Source: Octopus sinensis (Eukaryota). Taken from it: a DNA stretch of 64,000 nt. The notes under the pieces were generated by a model. That model did no database searches. It saw only the letters and a list, made by a program, of their open reading frames with translations, and was not told where the DNA came from. Location of the stretch: positions 127,286,001 through 127,350,000 of the forward strand of contig NC_042997.1 in assembly GCF_006345805.1 (NCBI RefSeq). The letters run 5' to 3'. Shown here piece by piece: positions 39,693 to 52,637 of this stretch; positions within the stretch are counted from its first letter, which is position 1; the number at the start of each line of letters is the position of its first letter. A program made the translations under genes and the position numbers.

Positions 39693-40112
39693 GCACTCTC
39701 TTTTGCACTTCTACTGTAAAAATACACACACACATACAGAATTTATTCTTTTATTTGTTTCAATCAGTTGATTGCGGCCATGCTGGAACGACGCCTTTAG
39801 TCAAACAAATAAGACCCCAGCACTTATTCTTTTTAAGCCTAATACTTATTCTATGAGTTTCTTTTGCCAAACCACTAAGTTACGGGGACAATGTTGGGTG
39901 GGGGGGACAAACACAGACACACAAACACACACACATACATACACATATATGACGAGCTTCTTTCAGTTTCTGTCTGCCAAATCTACTCACAAGGCTTTGG
40001 TCAGCTTGAAGCTATAGTAGGAGACACTTGCATAAGCTACCACGCAGTGAGATTGAACCCAGAACTATGTGGTTGGTAAGCAAGCTACTTATCAGACAGC
40101 TACTCTTGTGCC

Positions 40113-40155
<43 letters not shown>

Positions 40156-40709
40156 ACTATATACACAGACATGCAGGAAGTAAATAGACACCTTTAATTT
40201 TCAAAATTTCTAATCTAAGCATCTTAATATATTTTCAGCAGTGTAGAATTTACAACGTAATTATTTTTTTTTCATCCCAGTTTCCATTATATTAAACATT
40301 TGCAAAGAGTAACCATGCAACACACAAAATATTCAGCAGAACAATCAGATTTTCAAAGAGGTTGTATTGTTAAGCAATAGTTTTTGTAACCAACAGAAGT
40401 AACAGCTCTGAATTTTCTCCATCCTATTAATGGTCGTTGCCAGTGCTGCTGGACTGGCTCCTGTGCAAGTGGCACATAAAAAACACCACTTGAACATGGC
40501 TGTTGCCAGTACCGCCTGACTGGCCCTCATACCAGTGGCATATAAAAGCACCCACTACACTCTCGGAGTGGTTAGCGTTAGGAATGGCATGCAGCTGTAG
40601 AAACTCTTCCAGATCAGATTGGAGCCTGGTGCAGCCATCGGTTCACCAGTCATCAGTCAAATCTTCCAACCCATGCCAGCATGGAAAGCGAATGTTAAAC
40701 GATGATGAT

Positions 40710-41330
40710 GATATTCTTATTCTAGCTATCACACTCTCCATGCATCCTCCCCTACTACTAATTTGGTCCCCTAGGTAGCAGAAATTATCCCCTACCTATA
40801 ATGAGTCACCAGGACATTGGAGAGAATCAATTTCCTGAGTCTCTAAAGTTTTTATGGATCCTGTGCATCTTTCACATACAAAAACTATCTTCTCTGATAA
40901 CCTTCCTGTTGTTCCACTGCACCTCTTGTGTGTCCTTAGCTTACACTGGGTACACCATATGGAATTCCTGTTTACACCTTTCCTACAAATGGAACAGTGC
41001 CAGCTTCCTGAAGTGGGTAGGGTCATCTCTGTTTTCTTGCTTATTAGAACCTTAGTCTTTGCTAAGTTAGCCTTAAGGCATTTAGATTCCTGGGTTTGCT
41101 TCCACACCTGGAATTTCTCTTCTAGCTCTGATATGAAATCTGCTATGAGGGCAAGATCATCATCATATAGTAGTTCCCAGGGGCTGTCAGTCTTGAATTC
41201 TTCTGTTATGGTCTAGAGGACAATGATGATAAAGAGGGGACTGAGCCTTGATGAACAACTACCTGTACACCAAATTCTTCACTTTACTCATGGTCAATTC
41301 TTATCTTACCAGGAGCATCTCTGGACATGG
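40710..41330 (-). pseudogene. RTE-type LINE reverse transcriptase fragment
   Basis: PWELLYDDDLALIA (YADD-like), then W...ESK.LK.NLAKTKV and a Cys-rich CSICRKGV..NSI.C..C...THKRCSG insert. Confidence 0.7.
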
Positions 41331-42041
41331 TCTGTGCAGCTTTCACCAACTACTCATCCACCTCTAACCACCTCAGAGTCCTTCATATTACACAACGGAA
41401 TACTCTATGATCAACAAATGCCATGCATAATGGATTATACTAGTATGTATGTATATATGTATATATCTATATGAATTATATATACATATATATAGGCATA
41501 GGGGTGGCTGTGTGGTAAGTAGCTAGCTTACGAACCAAATGGTTCTGGGTTCAGTCCCACTGCGTGGCACGTTGGGCAAGTGTCTTCTACTATAGCCTCA
41601 GGGCCAACAAAAGCCTTGTGAGTGGATTTGGTGGACAGAAACTGAAAGAAGCCCGTCGTATATATGTATATGTATATATGTATGTGTATATATATGTTTG
41701 TGTGTCTGTGTTTGTTCCTCCAACATCGCTTGACAACAGATGCCGGTATGTTTACATCCCTGTAACTTAGCGGTTCAGCAAAAGAGACTGATTGAATATG
41801 TACTAGGCTTACAAAGAATAGGTCCTGTGGTCGATTTGCCCAACTAAAAGCGGTGCTCCAGCATGGTCACAGTAAAATGAGTTAAACAAGTAAAAAAGAA
41901 AAAGAGAAAGATATATATATATATATATACATATATATACACACACACACAACATACACATGCACATGAATATACACATACATACATACATACAAACACA
42001 CATATACACATGAATAAACACATACATACATGCATACATAT

Positions 42042-42236
42042 ATTTGCAAAAATGAATAGAAATGGCTTTTCAGATAATTTCTCAACTTCAGTAATTAGAT
42101 GTCTATAAGTTTACAAAAGGTGTGCATGCTGAGGGCAAGGTAAACTTATAAACATCTTTTGTAAATTTATAAACATCTAATTATTAAAGTTGAAAAATTA
42201 TTAAGAAAAGCTGTTTCTATTAATTTTTTTCCAAAT
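42042..42236. repeat. Imperfect palindrome, ~78-bp arms
   Basis: AATAGAAATGGCTTTTC...TAATTAGATGTCTATAAGTTTACAAAAG pairs with CTTTTGTAAATTTATAAACATCTAATTA...GAAAAGCTGTTTCTATT. Confidence 0.8.
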
Positions 42237-42611
42237 ACATATTACTATACCAAGGACTTTCTATTTCTTATTCTACTATACATCCATCCATCCATCCATA
42301 CATACATATATACATGCATACACACATACATACATACATAAATACATACATACATACAAACATAGATTCATACATACATACATACATACATACATGCATA
42401 CATACATACATGCATACATACATACATACTACATACATACATACATACATACATACATACATACATACAAAATATGGGGGTTTAGTTCACAGATGACCTA
42501 AACAACTAGGTATGCTGGGTAAGTGCTGTAGCAGATTACCAGGGCTCCAAGGTCATAGCTGATATGGGAGTTATGGAACCATTGTAGATTTCTGATATAA
42601 CGGATATATGA

Positions 42612-42761
42612 TTGTTAAAGAGGACAACAAACGTTAAGACAAGGCAAACATCTCAAGTCATGTACGTTGTTATTATTGGTTATTACTATTGGAAAAATAA
42701 TAATAATGTATATGATTTGAGATGTTTGTCTTACCTTAACGTTTGTTGTCCTTTTTAACAA
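42612..42761. repeat. Imperfect palindrome, ~65-bp arms
   Basis: TGTTAAAGAGGACAACAAACGTTAAG... pairs with ...CTTAACGTTTGTTGTCCTTTTTAACA. Confidence 0.85.
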
Positions 42762-42778
42762 CCATACATACGTACATG

Positions 42779-42809
<31 letters not shown>

Positions 42810-43318
42810 GTATATACATATTTATATTTTCTCTTTCTCTTTTTTCTTTTACTTGTTTTAGTCATTTGACTGTGGTCATGCTGGAGCACCGCCTTTAGTC
42901 GAGCAAATCGACCCCAGGACTTATTCTTTGTAAGCCTAGTACTTATTCCATTCATCTCTTTTGCCGAACCGCTAAGTTACAGGGATGTAAACACACCAGC
43001 ATCGGTAGTCAAGTGATGTTGCAGGGGACAAACACAGACACACAAACATATACACACACATAAACACACACTCACACACACACACACATACATATATACA
43101 TATATACGATGGGCTTCTTTCATTTTCCGTTTACCAAATCCACTCACAAGGCTTTGGTCGGCGCGAGACTATAGTAGAAGACACTTGCCCAAGGTGCCAT
43201 GCAGCCACTCCTATGCGTATATATATATACATATACGTATATATATATTATATATATATACTCCTATATATAAATATATGAAATATCTATTTATTTATTT
43301 ATTTACATTTATATATAT

Positions 43319-43354
<36 letters not shown>

Positions 43355-46300
43355 GATATTATAGGCACAGGTGTAGATTTTATGTGTAGGTGTGATTAAA
43401 AGGTTCCTTCAGGTTCAGTCTCATATTGTCAGATCAGATTGTTTGTCAATTATACTGACATAATGACTCTCCCTAGATAGACAAGGAATCTTACAAATCA
43501 GATGCAAAAATAAAGTTTATATATATATATATATAAATATGTATCTAAATGGTGTTGAATTTTATACTTCTGTAAATAATAAATAGAAATATTTTTTTAT
43601 AAGTTTTAAGCTTATGAAAAATATTGTATATATATTCAAGGTACATCACACTGACATCTGAATGGTCAACCAGCTGACTGAAAATGCCTGAGAGACCTGC
43701 ATGATGTGGATGTAGGAGTCTTCAAAAGAAAACGGGATTGCCTCCTGTCAAGGATTCTAGATGTACCTACCTCATGGCAGGAAACACAAACAAGAGCAGC
43801 AGCATCAACCTCCCTCATTTACCAAATGCCACATATCAGAGGGGGTTTCAAATAATGGTGAAGCACAGTCAATGTTGGTGCCCCAGCATGACCACAACTT
43901 TAAAGCTGTAACAATTTAAAGAACTTGGAGAGTGTACACACACACACACACACACACACCACACACACACACACATGTATACACACACACATATGTATAC
44001 ATACACACACATACACGGTGGCATGTAAAAAGCACCATTCAAGCATGGTCGATGCCAGTACCGCCTGACAGACCCTCATACTGGTGGCATGTAAATAGCA
44101 GCCACTACACTCTCAGAGTGGTTAGTGTTAGGAAGGGCATCCAGCTGTAGAAACCTTGCCAGATCAGATTGGAGCCTGGTGCAGCCTTCTGGTTTGCCAG
44201 TCCTCAGTCAATCTGTCCAACTCATGCCATCATGGAAAGCAGATATTACATGGTGACGATTATGATGATGATGATCACACACACACACATATAAATGCTG
44301 AAAGTGGATGGAACTTCTGGAAGTGAGAAACTCAGGAAGATGTGTGATGAAGTGGTGAGGACTGATTTACTGATTTTAAGATGATGAGCCTTATTGGAGA
44401 GATGGCAAAGAAATAGGATGTTTGGCAATGTAAGTTACTTGAGGAGATGCATCTACCTCAGCAAAACCATGTTCTGGAAGCACTGCTCTCCAAACACGTT
44501 ACATTAACTCACACACCCTAATGATGAATCAGACAACCTCTCCCCATGACTCCTGCAGCCTATTCCCACCTTATAACCTCGCTTGTCATCCCCCCATCTC
44601 GTCAACTGTATCAGTATTATCCTGCTGCTATCCACCCCCCATCTGCTCTCTTCTGCATCCCTCTATTCTCTCCACCTCATGACTCATCAGTCTTCACCCT
44701 TCAACCCTACCCAACTTCATCTACAATTGTAGGATCCTCCACATCCTCTCATCTCCTGCATCCCATACAAACTTGTGAGGCCCAACGTTCGAAGGTCTTG
44801 CTTGACCACCTCATCCCATGTCTTCCTGGGTCTACCTCTACCCTAGATTCCTTAAACAGTTTGAGAAGCATTATTATATAGGTGATGAAATAGCAGAACT
44901 CTTAGAAGACAAAAAGGCCTTGTGGTATTTGTTCAATCCCACCAAGGTGGTCATCATTGTCTTTCAATCATCTGAGGTTGATAAAAGAATCATTATAGTC
45001 TCAGACAAAATACCTTGTTGTATCATATCTGATACCAGCTGTGTATTGAGGTCAATTTATATCGCTATAATCTATACAATATGTTAATTAGATTCATAGA
45101 AGAACATAGAAACAAAAGACAGACTGCACCTACCACCCGCATCATATCCTTACACTTCATTTAAAAATTATTCATATAATTTAGTATTATCAGTGTTCTA
45201 TCATATGTTATCAAATGTTATTACATGGTTGTTGTTTTAAGATGTTTGAATCAATATTATTACTTAAGCTTCAAAGAGATTTTCATTGTAAAAATACAAT
45301 GACAATAAATTGTATTGAACTGAATTAAATTGAATATGGAATAGTGATTGAGAGATCATAGATGTTCAGTTCTGAGTATAATTTATAGTAAGGGGAAGTT
45401 TTAATCAGGAGGTTTGCTAATACCAAATACAACTGTGTTAGATTCATTGTGATTTTTCTAAAAATCGAGGCCATTTATGCGGAAAATAGGAAAAGTTCCA
45501 GTGGAGCCAGCTTTCAGAATATCCATTTAATGAGCTTATTTACATACATACATGCAAGCTACACACACACATGTTTTATTTTATATAATGAATTCGAGCA
45601 AGAGTACTCAATATTTGTTGTAGGTGCAGGAGTAGCTGTGTGGTAAGTAGCTTGCTTACCAACCACATGGTTCCAGGTTCAGTCCCACTGTGTGGCACTT
45701 GGGGCGAGTGTCTTCTTTTATAGCCTCGGGCCGACCAAATCCTTGTGGGTGCATTTGGTAGATGGAAACTGAAAGAATCCTGTTATATATATGTATATAT
45801 ATATATATATATATCTGTGTGTGTGTGTGTATTTGTTGTGTATCTGTGTATGTCCTCACAACATCGCTTGACAACCAATGCTGGTGTGTTTAGGTCCCCG
45901 TAACTTTGCGGTTCGGCAAAAAGGAGACCAATAGAATAAGTACTAGGCTTACAAAGAATAAGTCCTGAGGTCGATTTGATTCGACTAAAGGTGGTGCTCC
46001 AGCATGGCCGCAGTCAAATGACTGAAACAAGTAAAAGAGAGTTACTACAGAGAAAGAGTTACTCTACCAACATGCTTACTTTGAATGACCTAAAGTAAAT
46101 TATGCCTACTTTTGCATTACATTCAGTACAACCCTCATAAATGTCAACTAAAATGGAAATGTTACCTACATCTGGAAAAATAAACTCTTTCAGACTTCTA
46201 ATTCTTATGAACAATCCTTGGCTTCTAAGATCTCCCATCGGTATACAAATAAGGACCATCACAATTGTCCATGTTTTGAAATATGGCTATTCTTTACAGG

Positions 46301-47445
46301 GAGTCATTTTTGGTGATTTCCTTTTTTATACATTCAGAATTAACGTCATTATTCTTTGATTAGTTAATACTTACAGTCGACTATCACCACTCGAGGGAGC
46401 CACTTTATGGTTACTCAACCTGTTAGAAACAGCAACTAAATCTCTGTCTTATCACACTTATTAAAAAAAAAATATAAAGGACACTCTGGATAATTCATGA
46501 TGTAACAACTAGTTTCTGAATTTATTGGTTCTTTTTCAGATTCCTGTGTGCCCTACTCTATTATATATCAAAAGCAGTATAGAATCATTATTGGTAAGTA
46601 CTATTGTATAGTACTAGACATAAATCAGCTATAGGAATATCTCTAATAAAATTATTAGTAACACCATACGGTATAATTATCAACATAGTTTTGTTGGTGA
46701 AAGTAAATTTCATGTTTATTAAAATTAAGTATGTAAGCCCTTGTGGTTGCAAGTCAAATGATAAACTATATTCCAGTCTCTAATGGGACCAAGAAGCCTA
46801 GACTTAAAGTTGCTGCTTATTCTACTGCTCTGGTCACATAATGAGCAGGAAATATTTTAGGATGATAATATAATTCGAGTAGTATTGTTACTTTACTGCA
46901 GTATTGATTTAAATGTACTAATATCATTTATCTTTTACTTGTTTCAGTCACTGAGCTGCAACGATGCAGGGATAGAACATGGAAGAGTTTTAGTTGAACA
47001 AACTCACCCTAGTACTTTCCCCTTTTGTAAGTCACTTTTGCTGCACACACACGCACATGTGTATGTGTAGAATTAGCAGATGAAATCCAGAGATGCTCAA
47101 TATAGAAATCAGTTTGTAGTGCTGAAATGATTTGAACATACACTCTTGAACATACACTCAAAATCTGTGGGTTAAAGAGTGACTGTAAAAGGAATTCAAG
47201 TGAGCTGTTATGAAGATAATGATGCAAATAAACAAATGAAACTGCTTGGGCTACATCATCATATATTAAAATATACACTAAAGCTATTTTTATTCTCTCG
47301 CTGTTTATTTTCTTGTGTTCCTTTCTGTTGAAGAGCATAGACTCGAAACGTAAAAGACTTTCTCACCTCCCCGAGCATTAAACTAATACACTTGTTTCTT
47401 GTTTATACACCTGTCTTCCTCTTTTATTTTTTTTGTAAATCCAAC

Positions 47446-47478
<33 letters not shown>

Positions 47479-48964
47479 ATAGAGCAAGACAAAGACTGAA
47501 GATATTCAGACAATGAACATTCATGTATAGATATATAGACTATTTATATATTAACAGAATAGACTTACACAGAGTACAAAGCCACAAAAAATTAAAGAGA
47601 GAAGATAAGCTGTTTCTGGGGACTCAGAATTACTTCCTAATGTTGGCAGATGTAGTTTACAAAAAGACAAGGATATGTAACCAATAATGAAAGCATATAA
47701 ACATTAGGAAAATCCAGCCTCTGTCTTCAGCGTGGGGAAATAAGTATCTAATATGTATATGTTTTTGTGTGTGCATGTGTGCGTGTGTGTGTGCGTGTAT
47801 GTGTGTGTGTGTGTGTAAATATATTTATACACACATCCCGTGCCGGTGGCACGTAAAAAGCACTCACTACACTCATGGAGTGGTTGGTGTTAGGAAGGGC
47901 ATCCAACTGTAGAAACACTACCAGATCAGACTGAAGCCTGGTGCAGCCTCCTCACTTCCCAGACTCTGGTCGAACCATCCAACCCATGCTAGCATGGAAA
48001 ACAAATGTTAAACGATGATGAAAATAATGATGATGATGATGATGACACACACATACACATATAAATACATTCATATATATATATATAAACACACACGCAC
48101 ATACATATCTATGTACAATGGACGTCCACACAGTTTCCATTGATCAAATTCATCCTCAAGGCAATAGTCAGCCTGTGGCCTCAGTAGAAGTCGCTTTGCC
48201 AAAGTGCTACACAGTAGAACTGAAACCAAAACCCTGTGTTTGCCAAGCAAGCTTCTTAACCACACAATAATAAAATTCAAAATACTCTTTTAAAAAACTG
48301 AACTGCTTAGAAAGAGAATCAAAACCCCACCTTCTAAAGAAGAGAGGAAATGAAAATGTTTAAAATTCATGATTTCCTTGGCAGCAGTAACAGCAACAAG
48401 TGAAGTACATGTAACCAGGAATTGAAAATGAGTTTCTCACTTGGCTGTTTAGTAGCACTTGTTCTCTCCTCAATAAAGCACTTAATGGTTCTTAGCGATT
48501 GCATTTCCTTTATCTGTTAAGTATTATTATATGTTAACCAAGCAGAACTGTTCAACATGGCTTGTGTAGTTATAAACCAATACAATTCACAGTCTGTATG
48601 TTTCATTATTCTTCAACAAGAAACAACGTATTAAAGTTGTATCTCCAGCATAGATAATACTTTACTTCACTCTCTCTCTCTCTCACACACACACACATAT
48701 GTACACACATGCACACACACATACTCATGCTTACACACATGCACACACACACACACATACGTACACACATACACACACACATACTCATGCTTACACACAT
48801 GCACACACACACACACACACGTACACACATACACACACACATACTCATGCATACACGCATGCACACACACACACATGCTCATGTACACACACAATCTTTA
48901 ATGAAAATAATCAACATCAATCAACTAATAAATTCTACCCTCCCCACCTCACTCTCTTCGTCAC

Positions 48965-49055
48965 CTTTGCATGTGTTCACAACACAAAAAAGATACTGAT
49001 GTTTCTCTTGTTCTAACATATTCTTCAGAGACTGGTCAGCAAACTTTAACTTGAG
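48965..49055 (-). CDS. Internal exon of unidentified host gene
   Basis: TTTTGTTTTCTATTTCCAG| 91 nt |GTGACG; LKLKFADQSLKNMLEQEKHQYLFCVVNTCK, phase 0 to 1. Confidence 0.6.
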
Positions 49056-49102
49056 CTGGAAATAGAAAACAAAATATATAAATGCAGTAAAAAAAGCAAA
49101 AG

Positions 49103-49698
49103 TCAGTAACTCACAGCTGAGCTCAAACAAGCGATCAATCAGTAGATGACAGTGGCTCATAGCTGATCTCAAACAAGGGATCAACCAGTGCAAGGCAGTG
49201 GCTCATAGCTGTGCTTAAACAAGGGATCAGCCAGTAGAAGACAGAAGCTCATAGCTGAGCTCAAACAAGGGATCAACCAGTGGAAGGCAGTGGCTCATAG
49301 CTGTGCTTAAACAAGGGATCAGCCAGTAGAAGACAGAAGCTCATAGCTGAGCTCAAACAAGGGATCAACCAGTTGAAGGCAGTGGCTCATAGCTGTGCTT
49401 AAACAAGGGATCAGCCAGTAAAAGACAGTGGATCATAGCTGTATTTAAACAAGGGATCAGCCAGTAGAAGACAGTAGCTCACAGCTGAGCTCAAACAAGG
49501 GATCAGCCAGTAGAAGACAGTGGCTCATAGCTGTGCTTATACAAGGGATCAGCCAATAGAAAACAGTGGCTCATAGTTCTATTTAAAGAAGGGATTAACC
49601 AGTAGAAGACAGTAGCTCATAGCTGTGCTTAAACAAGAAGTCAATAAGTAGAAGGCAGTGGCTCATAGCTGTGTTCAAACAGAGGATCAGTCAGTAGA
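49103..49698. repeat. 46-bp minisatellite, ~13 copies
   Basis: Unit AAGGGATCA(A/G)CCAGT(A/G)GAAG(A/G)CAGTGGCTCATAGCTG(T/A)GCT(T/C)AAAC. Confidence 0.92.
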
Positions 49699-50270
49699 AA
49701 GAAAAATGAACAGTTAAAAGAATCATAAAGAGGAAAGGGTGTATAGACCCATAAAGTTGTTTTGTTGAATTTTGGGAAGCATGGAATTTTTTAAGGATGC
49801 AGTGTCCTCATAGCTAACAACCAATAAAAGTAGTTCATTCCATGCTTTGACAATTTTGAGGTTCAAAAGTATTTCTGAAGGTCATATAGGTACTGAACTA
49901 CGTTTTGATTTTGTAAACATATCCATGAGTGGTAAACATATTGAGTTAGAAAAAGGTGCTCAAAGTTGTTGGAAAGATGATGAATAGTCTTGTGGATTTC
50001 TACTTAGTCAGCTGCTAGTTGTCAAAAGCTTTTGAGAACTATTACTTATCATTATTTATTAATCTTACTTCCATATAACAAATTAACGAACATTATGTTT
50101 TCCAAATAGATATTTTTATGCATTAAAATAATTCCGTATGTATCTGAGGTTTGTGTCATAAGGGGCGACTTAAAAGAGATGGTCACAGGAAGGGGATCTG
50201 GCTGGAAAACACTGTCACAGATAACCGCTTCCAAAACTCATGTAAGCATGGAAAGAGAGTACATAAAACA

Positions 50271-50326
<56 letters not shown>

Positions 50327-51136
50327 GGTGGTGGTGGTGGTAGTGGTGGTGGTTGTGGTGGTGGGGGTGATGAAGGTGATTTGTAAAGCATTCATCACCA
50401 TCAAGATCATCATGATCATGATCATCATTTAGTATCTGCTTCCCATGCTGGCATGGGTTGGACAGCTTGACTGAAACTGGTAAACTGGAGAGTTGCACCA
50501 GGTTCTAATCTGACTAGGCAAGGTTTCTGTGGCTGGATGCCCTTCCAAACACCAAATTAAATTATATTTTTTTAAAATCAGCAAATAACCCAGCTACCCC
50601 TTGTGGTACATTAAGAACCACTGGTCTTAGGATTTAGTAAGGATACTTACATGAACATGCAATTGAGAAATATGGCAAAGCCATTCTCAGAAGAAGGGTG
50701 TTTTCCTGCTACATTGCTTGACAACCAGTGCTGGTTTGTTTATGTCCCTGCTACTTAGTATTTTGGGCAGAAGAAACCAAAGAATTTTTCAAAAAATAAA
50801 AAGCAAAGGAACCCTTTGAAGTGATCTTCCTGCATGGTTGCAATCCAATGATTGAAACAAGTAAAAAACAAAAGATAAAACTATAAGAAACACATAAGGA
50901 ACATGAGTGGATTAACAAAATTGGTAGAGCATCAGAGGAAAGGCCTTGTGTTATTACTTCAGGCTTTTGTGTTCTGAGTTCAAATTGCATCAAGACGTCA
51001 TCTTTGCCTTTCATCCCTCCACGGTCGATAGGATAAAGAACTTGCTAAATACTGGGATAGAAAGGTATGGGGCTTAGTAGTTAGTGTTATGCATTCATAA
51101 TCGCAAGACTATGGTTTCAATTCCTTGAGTAGGCAG

Positions 51137-51306
51137 CACTAGTGTAGTTAGAGTTTGTACTGCCTGGGGTAGCACCTCAGTTTGCCACCCCTGGGTACCC
51201 ACAAAAAATACATATTGCCTACAGCAGGCCTGAAAGTGGTGTCACCCCTATAAAAGTGTCACATGGGGTGCACTGCCTCCTCCACTCCTTTCTAGCTTTG
51301 CTAGTG
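51137..51306. mobile_element. hAT-like MITE inserted in a SINE
   Basis: Ends CACTAGTGTAGTTAG / CTAGCTTTGCTAGTG; 8-bp flanks GTAGGCAG / GTAGGCAA. Confidence 0.65.
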
Positions 51307-51507
51307 GTAGGCAATGGCTTGTGTTCTTGGAGCAAAGCACTTCATTTCATGTTGCTTCCAGTCCACTAAACTCTAAATGAGTAACCATGTGAGGGACTGG
51401 CATCCCATCCAGGGGGAATGTTGGAAACCAGGAAACTGGCTGTATGAGTCTTAGAACAGGAGACAATAATGTTCAGGGATCAGTAATGATGATGATGTAG
51501 ATTGCGG

Positions 51508-51557
<50 letters not shown>

Positions 51558-52569
51558 ATGGTGATGGTGATGATGGTGATGATTATGATGGTGGTGATGG
51601 TGATGATGATGATGATGATGATAATGATGATGATGATGATGATCATGATGATGATGATGATCATGATGATGCTGATGCTGATGATGGTGGTGGTGGTGAT
51701 GATTATGATGATGAGGAAATATTGGTGTGATTTCAATGACTAACTCCCACCCTCCACCAAATTGCAAGTCTTGTTCTGAAATCAAAACAATTATTAAGGA
51801 CTATGGATTAAATGTTTGGAAGTATCCAGAGTAAAAAAGTATGACTGGAGTTAAATTGTTTCCCTCTTTCCTCCCACTGGGTCAATAAAATAAGGAGCAG
51901 TAATATATTAGGGTTGATTCAGTAGCTATACATTTCTTCTATGAAATTATGAATTTTTATCGACAAGTTTAAAAACAGTTCTCCTCCTCCACCTCCTCTT
52001 CAGCATCATCATCATAATCAAAATCATCTTTGTCATCATTGTCGTCGTTGTCGTCTCATCTTCATCATTCTCATCACGATTAGCTTCATTAACATTTCCT
52101 CATCATCATTGTCATTATCCTCTTCCTTCTCTTTGTAACTATCAGCATCAACATCACCCCTTCCTATGTCTTTACTATCCACAAGGGGCTAAACACAGAG
52201 AGGACAAACAAGGACAGACACACGGATTAAGTTAATTATATTGACCCCAGTGCGTAACTGGTACTTATTTAATCGACCCTGAAAGGATGAAAGGCAAAGT
52301 CAACCTCGGCGGAATTTGAACTCAGTACATAGCGGCAGGCGAAATACCGCAAAGCATTTCGCCCGGCGCGCTAACGTTTCTGCCAGCATCACCCCTTCCT
52401 TCATCTTCTCCTTTACCACGACCACCACGACCACCACCACTACCATCATCATCATTGTTGTCATCAAGTGGTGGTGAGAGGAGATGAGTTAATCTTGGCA
52501 ATGTTAATCACCATTCTAATTACCACTGCTCCACCATTAAATCAAGCTCTCTTTTTTTGTTTGTCTTAC

Positions 52570-52637
52570 CTGTTCTGATAGCGATAACCATTGGTTGAAA
52601 ACTGTTGGTGTGACAAGGCATGTTTTAGTGACTTGTT
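52570..52637 (-). CDS. Internal exon of unidentified host gene
   Basis: CTCTACTGTATTTAG| 68 nt CAG|GTAAGA; QVTKTCLVTPTVFNQWLSLSEQ, phase 1 to 0, joins in frame to the 49055 exon. Confidence 0.55.

Noticed and set aside
49103-49698. CRISPR-like array
   Set aside because: No unique spacers, eukaryotic context and no cas genes.
48965-52637. Assigning the host exons to an I-BAR/IMD protein or RINT1
   Set aside because: Only faint motif resemblance by eye, and the other exons do not fit.
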